This document shows positions 57,010-64,000 of a stretch of DNA of 64,000 bases, piece after piece. Location: assembly GCF_006345805.1 (NCBI RefSeq), contig NC_043002.1, positions 64,480,001 to 64,544,000 on the forward strand, read 5' to 3'. The notes under the pieces were generated by a model that had not been told where the DNA came from, ran no database searches, and was given only the letters and a program-made list of their open reading frames with translations. Positions within the stretch are counted from its first letter, which is position 1. Every line of letters begins with the position of its first letter. A program made the position numbers and the translations under genes. Origin of the DNA: Octopus sinensis. Lineage: Eukaryota.

Positions 57010-57850
57010 TTGGTGTTGTTAGTGCCGGAGGACTTACCGGTCGGGAACGAACAAGGAAAATTTCCAGATGTCCTTGGATTGACAGTGCTACCATAGAGCG
57101 TTACCGATTCGAGACGAGCTCTACAGGCACGGATGCGCTGTCAGACGGACTTGTCCGAGATACGCGCGGAGTGACGAAACCGTTCTGCACGCTCTTGTTC
57201 AGTGTCGGGCATTGCTAACTTGTGGGGATATGTTGAACAGCTGCTGTCACACGTGGGATCTATCCGTCTGACGGCCGTGTCTGTAGTAATGATTGCACCG
57301 CCGTCCTCCTTCAATCAGGCAGGCAAGGCAGTTTTCCTTTGCTTGGTGCTGTGGCGAAAGGGGTTGTTTGGTGGACACGGCTGAAAGGCATGAGAACAGA
57401 TACATTCCTCTTTGGTAGTTCTCTCATTGACTTTTTCAGGATTCACTTGAAAAGAAAATTGAGAGTGGAGAGGGAATTGTTGTCCTCGAGTTAATTCATC
57501 GAAAGATGAGTGAAAGTTGCGAAAATGTCAAGAGTGGATGGTACCTCTCGAAGTTTAGACCTTTGAATCGGAGAAAAGGAATTGTAGAGGACACTTTCTG
57601 ATAGGCTTAAGGGAAATCTCGGACGGTGGGGTTCCTCGATTATCCCTGGATGCATTCCTGTATTAGGAGGGCTATATTTCTATCTCTCCCACACACACAC
57701 ACACTTTTTTGTCCTTCTGTATTCTATGCATTTCTCAGCGTATAGCGTGCGTACTGTTTTTTTAATTTACTATTAAATTATTAGATGTAAACCCCTACAC
57801 TTTATGTCTGTTTCTGTATTGTCCACCCTCATCTTTCGCCTTCGTGTATT
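57010..57850 (+). mobile_element. L1/Tx1-like LINE 3' end
   Basis: RTCPRYARSDETVLHALVQC (mutated CCHC) and LWGYVEQLLSHVG. GC-rich, with a T-rich 3' UTR ending in (ATT)n. Confidence 0.75.
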
Positions 57851-57894
57851 ATTATTATTATCATTATTATTATTATTATTATCATTATTATTAA

Positions 57895-57928
<34 letters not shown>

Positions 57929-58202
57929 GTTATTATTATTATTATTATTTTTATTATTATTATTATTGATAGTATTTACCTGAACTCACCAGGCACACAA
58001 CTATTCATACCTTTCTGCGAATACACACACGGGCGCCTGCCCGCAAAATCAGGTAGGGGTACACATATACACACACATGTCTATTTATTTACAAACGTAT
58101 TTACAAAAAATATATATACATATGTGAGTGTGTGTATGTGCATATATATATGTATATATATATATATATATATTAATATATATAATATATGTGTGTGTGT
58201 GT

Positions 58203-58269
<67 letters not shown>

Positions 58270-59308
58270 ATACACATATATATACATATATACATGCATA
58301 CAGGCATACATACATGGAAGTTTTCTCAATATCAAACAGTATTTATGCATAGGTACATGTATCAGAATTCATTTTCGTTATGATTTTTTTCTTGTCTTCC
58401 TCTTTTGTTTTTGGTTTTTGTTCTTTGTTACTTTTTGGTATTTCGTGTTGACGTCCATGCATATTATTTTCCGTTTGTGCATGTGCAATATTAATCTCAT
58501 TGAAGAAGGAAATGGAAGCAGCCAGTCGCCATAGAAATATGCATGAATGAAGATATATTCTCATATTACTATTGCCTCTTTAGATATTACATACACTTAG
58601 GCACGGCCGCACACACTCTTAGACGGACACACCGATATATGCACCTATATATCTGTTTGTGCATTCATCATATAGCTATATATATTAATGTATATATTTA
58701 TGTGCGTTTATATATGTCTATCTGCTGGGTCCTAGGAGTGTTTTTAGGTAAATCTATCTCAATCAGTCAGGCAATATGTTATAAACTTTTTTTTTTCTTT
58801 CAAATATTAAGATAGAAATACTTCATGATATATGCCAATTTTTCCATCAATCAATAAGATAACGTATGTCTGCATACCAGTCGGCCTCTTGAAGCCACTG
58901 TGTGTCTTCCAAGTACAATCATTATTTCTTTTTTGTTTTTTGTTTTTTGTTTTTTCTTGTTTTCTTTGTCTGTTATCATTATTTCTCTGAACGTGTTTCT
59001 GCACATATGTATATCATTGCCATCTCCAGTATATAATGTTAAAAACATATGCACCGCCATTTACAATTCTAGCCATGTTTTATTGTCAATACACTTGGAA
59101 ATGGAGGCGTGCACACACACACACACACACACGCATATATAGACATGCATATATGTGCGCATACGTCTCTCTCTCTCTCTCTGTACATATATATATATGT
59201 ATGTATGTATACGTATATGTATATATATACATATATATATGTGTGTATATATGTATATACATATATACATATATATATATATACATACATATATATATAT
59301 ACATATAC

Positions 59309-59341
<33 letters not shown>

Positions 59342-59390
59342 ATATATATATGCATATATATATATATATATATACATATATATATTATAT

Positions 59391-59423
<33 letters not shown>

Positions 59424-59798
59424 TCATAAATACAAAGTTATACATGGCCCTACCTCGTTTATCTACTAGAACAAATGACAGTCTGCACATATATTACAAC
59501 ACTACGTATTCGATTGCATGTCATTTTTTTGTTCTTTTTTTTATTTCCATCACTGATTTTTGCATATTTTTATTTACATTTTGATTAATTTTTATTTTAC
59601 TTTTCGTCCTTGATGCCGCCATAGTCATATCGTGACAGTAATATATTGATTTTTTTTTGTTTTATATTCCTCAGTCTTTTCTTCTTTATATTCACGTGGT
59701 TATTTATTTTTGTTCTTGGCAGTGACTTTATTACTAAAGTTACACGCAGTCTAATATTGCTGAAAAAAAAATATTTATCATCATAATCATCATTATTA

Positions 59799-59836
<38 letters not shown>

Positions 59837-59956
59837 GTCATTATTATCATTATCGTCAGTATCATTATCATTATCATTATTGTTATCATTATTGTTATTA
59901 TTGTTGTTGCTGTTGTTGTTGTTGTTTTGATAGTTGTAATTTTTATTATCATTGTG

Positions 59957-59990
<34 letters not shown>

Positions 59991-60081
59991 TATTATTATT
60001 ATTATTATTGTTATCATTATTATTATTACCATTGTTATTATCATGATAGTTGAAATTATCATCATTATTATTATTGTTGTC

Positions 60082-60865
60082 GTTGGGTGTGATGGAAGAG
60101 GTCAGCTGACCAATACTAACTAGGTTAACACTCGTTTACTGTTCAAGCTCAAGGTTCCATCTTACAGTGCCAACCTATGATGACTAACTTTTATTAAGTG
60201 CTCTATCTTTACATTTGTACCCATCATTTTCAGCCATGTTCGTATGTTGCCTGCTGACACTTTCAAGCGCGTCCATTACTACTGGTATACCGTCCACTCT
60301 CTTCTTTGCCGACAGCCAGCGTATTTCACATTTCAGTTCATCATAATTGTTCAATTTTTATATTTATTTCTCTCCTGTCCAATTGTCACCTTAACAGGCT
60401 ATGTCGATTATCATGCACGTGTTTCTTATCTTTTTTGTTCATCAGAACAATGTCAGAATTTCAAGTTATCAAATCTGCGCTTCCCATAGCTCTGCACTTC
60501 ACATAGTTCGTCCTTAATGCTTGTTCTAGAGCCGCTCATATAATAGCGCATGTCTTTATATTCAGGTTACTTCTCCGCATTCATAACCACCGGTCATCGG
60601 GATCTGTCTTGGCGCTCGTATTACTTGCCAAACAGACAATACACATTTTCCCTTTCCATGCCATTGTTTTCCTTTTTATTTTTCTCTAGCTTTACATCAT
60701 TAGATAATTTTGATGATGCCGCACTTCTTTACATATATTATAAACGGTTCCACGACACCTTATATACACCACACTTTGACACAACCCTGGCATCTGATAA
60801 AACTTCTCCCACCCTTTCTTCGGGACAAGTACACCCTATCAGTGTCACTCTTGGCATGGAATGCT
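60082..60865 (-). mobile_element. Old degenerate R4/Dong-like LINE 3' fragment
   Basis: Manual translation gives DTDRVYLSRRKGGR, DIVLMNKK, IIDIAC, KLNNYDELK and IPVVMDALE, followed by (AAT)n at 59770-60081. Confidence 0.75.
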
Positions 60866-60892
60866 CCGTATACTATTATAATTATTATTACA

Positions 60893-61218
60893 GAGTGAGA
60901 GAGCAGTGCATCCCATCAAAGTGACACTGGGGTAAAATATACGAAGCCCAGTATACCCATCATGATAAGGGTACACCAGGCACATGCATCACAACAATAT
61001 GTGCGCGACATGGTGATCTCATATCAAGATAAACAGCACATGACCTTGCAGGTTGGGCCCAGTTAGAATTTTCTTCCTGTCGAGAAGCCCATCCCGCTCA
61101 AAAGGTCCTTGAATAAGGATTGTTTAAGGATGTTGAACGAACCACACGTGTTTCCAGGGGTGAATTGTCCAAACCTCCAAGAATTCCTTTCAACACACGG
61201 CTACGATGCTCCCCTACT
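60893..61218 (-). mobile_element. 5'-truncated copy of an unclassified non-coding (AAT)n-tailed retroposon
   Basis: Colinear with 61914-~62250 and shares the same 3' end (..ctctctcactc). Confidence 0.75.
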
Positions 61219-61275
61219 TATTATTATTATTGTTATTATTAATATTTTTATTATTATTATTATTATTATAATTAC

Positions 61276-61310
<35 letters not shown>

Positions 61311-61331
61311 TATTATTATTATTATAATTAC

Positions 61332-61386
<55 letters not shown>

Positions 61387-61387
<1 letters not shown>

Positions 61388-61885
61388 TATGTTTGACTTT
61401 TGCTTTATGTCTGTACAAGTTGGCTCCAAGTCTCACCCAGAGACCTCAAGAGACAACAGGTTGGAAGTTCTGTGCCATATATTTGGGTTTTTTTTTGGTG
61501 TTGTACTAGTGAATGTCTAATACATAAAAACAAAAAAATAATAATAAAAATAAAAAATAAAAAAAGTTTGTTTTAAACCTTGGGATTACACAGAGAGTAT
61601 TTTGTGTAGGATATGAGCAGTTCCCATGAGCACTATCTTTTGAATTTCTGCCATTTTGGGGTTTCCTGGTATCTGAGTTAGGTAGCAATAAGTCCCTTTC
61701 GCTATCATTCCCAGGGCACCTATGACAACAGGTATTGTTTTAGTCTTCAGCTTCCACATTTTGCTGATTTCTATTTCAAGATCTTTATATTTGCTCAGTT
61801 TTTGGTAGGTCTTGACAGATACGTTTATATCGATTGGGACAGTCATTTCAATGAGGAGGCATGTTCTTTGTCTGAAGTCTTTCAA
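61387..61885 (-). mobile_element. R4/Dong-like LINE 3' fragment (endonuclease C-terminus plus 3' UTR)
   Basis: KLSKYKDLEIEISKMWKLKTKTIPVVIGALG..LMGTAHIL, flanked by (ATT)n on both sides. Confidence 0.9.
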
Positions 61886-61913
61886 TATTATTATTATTAT
61901 TATTATTATTATT

Positions 61914-62471
61914 GAGTGAGAGAGCAGTTCATGCCATCAAATTGACACTGGTGTAAAATATACGATGCCCAGGATACCCATCATGACTACTCGTCTGAAA
62001 AGGGTACACCAGTCACATGCATCACAACCATGTGTGTGTGACATAGTGATCTCATATCAAGATAAACAGCACGTGAGCTTCCAGGCGGGGCCCAATTAGA
62101 ACTTTCTTCTTGTCGAGCTACCTATCCCACTCAAAAGGTCCTTGAGTAAGGGTTGTTTAAGGATATTGAACGTAACACTCATATTTCCCGAGATGAATTA
62201 TTCAAACCCCCAAAGAATCCCTCTCAACACGTGGCTATGATGCTCCCCCACTACTTCTGCTCGTGACCAGAGATGCACATATCGTCAGCCACTAAGGGAC
62301 ATGCTCAACTGGTTAAGGTCAAACAACTGACAATCAAATCTGTGTTATTGAGCAGAATATTTGCTATAGCCCATCTTTTATACCAAGACAAAACAATGTA
62401 CATGATAACACTTCCAATCAGTTAAGATCAGAAGCCATGAGAGCCTTTGCCTGATACTGCACCAGGGCATT
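61914..62471 (-). mobile_element. Longer (~560 bp) copy of the unclassified (AAT)n-tailed retroposon
   Basis: No ORF, (ATT)n on both sides, homologous to 60893-61218. Confidence 0.75.
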
Positions 62472-62485
62472 TATTATTATTATTA

Positions 62486-62529
<44 letters not shown>

Positions 62530-63227
62530 TTATTATTATATTATTATTATTATTATTATTATTATTGTTGTTGTTGTTATTATTATTATTATAATGATTA
62601 TGATAATTTGTAGTAGTAGTAGTTGTATCATTAGATTCTCGATGAAGTATCTATTATTCATACCATAATGAGTATTGTTTTTGATATCTGCCCTTATTAT
62701 GCCTCATATTAAATAGGATATCTACTATAAAAGTTATTATGAGGTATTTCTTGTTAAGTGAATCCTATGAAATGACAATTACGTGAAGGCATTTGGTAAA
62801 GAAATCAACTACCACCAGCGGATTTCGATTTAATAGCGCCGTGGAATTCGTTCGTTCGTTTTCTCATTCACTATTATGTTTTGCTTTTTTTTATTTTTTT
62901 CAACAGGGCGGGTATATTTTCATATTTCACAAAATTCTGTATGATGAATATCATTCTGAGTTAATCGATATATGTCAGACGCTCTTTTATCGATTGATTC
63001 TCAACGCGTGCAGGGAGTGTATCTGCATCTAAAGATATCAGTTTCTTCGAATATAAAAGAAACGTTGACATTCGAGTGTATGCGTGTGCATGCCAGTATC
63101 CAGACATGTAACATATACACACACAGGCATACATATACATATATATCATTATTCATATACACATACATACACATACTCACATATATATATGCACACACAC
63201 ACACACGCGCGCATGCACATATATGAC

Positions 63228-64000
63228 TATAGCGTGTGATGGGTAAATTCTCTCCATGTTATTTTTCTAATTTAGTGTATGTGTATCGTTTGGTTTGAAT
63301 TTTGCCGACCACACAGTATAGTAGGGTCCGTTGGGTACTCTCTGTGAGCAAAGCAGTACCATGGCACAGTTCACTCTCATAGAAATTTGGAAACGGCATG
63401 CTGTACTGCTTGGCATTTGCCTCTAAAGCTCCAATATGACAAGTGGTAAATACACAACAACCGTTGGCCTGCCCGATCCCAAAAACATGAGCCGAGAGGG
63501 ATAATTACTAAACATTCAGTCAACGTCATGCTATTTGGTGAGATCAATAGTGATGGCGACGTTATACCTTCATTCATCTTCTCACACATCCTCAGATTCA
63601 TACGGAGGCTTACATCAAGTGTCTGGAGGAACTAGTGCTGCCCTCAGCCAAGAGAGGAAGATCCTATGTCTGGCAACAGGTTTCTGCACCGTGTCACACA
63701 AGCTGCCAGGCAATTTCTGAAAACATATAAGCCCTAACATCTGGCCACCAGACACCCCAGACTGTAACCCTCCGTTGATTACTATTGTGGGTCGCAGTTA
63801 AGCGAGAGCCCAACAAAACTCCTTGTAACACCAAAGATTAACTGAAGGCAAGGATTATGGCAGTATTCACCAACTTAGAAAATGAGATCGTCCATACGAT
63901 TTGCAGAGATTCCGAAGTCGTCTGGACGCCATCGTTTAATCCAATGGAGATTATATTGAATGAATTTAATCTTTAGTAATTCAAGATATTTTTATGTAAT
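63228..64000 (+). mobile_element. Second copy of the internally deleted mariner-like family at 31287-32163
   Basis: gatgggtaaatt 5' end, YVWQQVSAPCH, IWPPDTPDCNP, and a shared aactccNtgtaacaccaaa..ctgaaggcaaggattatggcag block. Confidence 0.82.

Noticed and set aside
60244-60924. 81-aa and 124-aa plus-strand ORFs
   Set aside because: They are antisense to the degenerate Dong-like fragment.
61914-62471. HDV-like ribozyme or snRNA origin of the non-coding retroposon
   Set aside because: I could not assemble the P1/P2/P3 pseudoknot by eye or match a U snRNA; a covariance search is needed.

Overview
AT-rich, microsatellite-saturated eukaryotic genomic DNA, mostly intronic or intergenic. The repeat families look like those of a coleoid cephalopod, most likely Octopus; this is inferred from recalled repeat families and was not checked by a search. 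No complete protein-coding gene, rRNA, true tRNA or CRISPR array is supported, and nearly all short ORFs in the track are translated microsatellites. Recognisable mobile content: two Penelope-like RT remnants, three R4/Dong-like LINE remnants sitting in (AAT)n tracts, and CR1-, RTE- and Tx1-like fragments. There is also a full-length IR/DR Tc1 element, several mariner/Tc1 relics, two fold-back MITEs and more than 20 tRNA-derived SINE copies from three or four families. A few isolated splice-flanked open frames suggest a host gene, but its strand and identity are unresolved. The most interesting signal is a near-canonical minimal type I hammerhead ribozyme at 54535-54614. It lies inside a ~446-nt non-coding, terminally redundant element with an inverted 5' segment (retrozyme or non-autonomous Penelope-like architecture), and several more degenerate hammerhead motifs occur in other repeat families. 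A same-strand daisy chain of (AAT)n-targeting retroelements at 59770-62600 is also notable.
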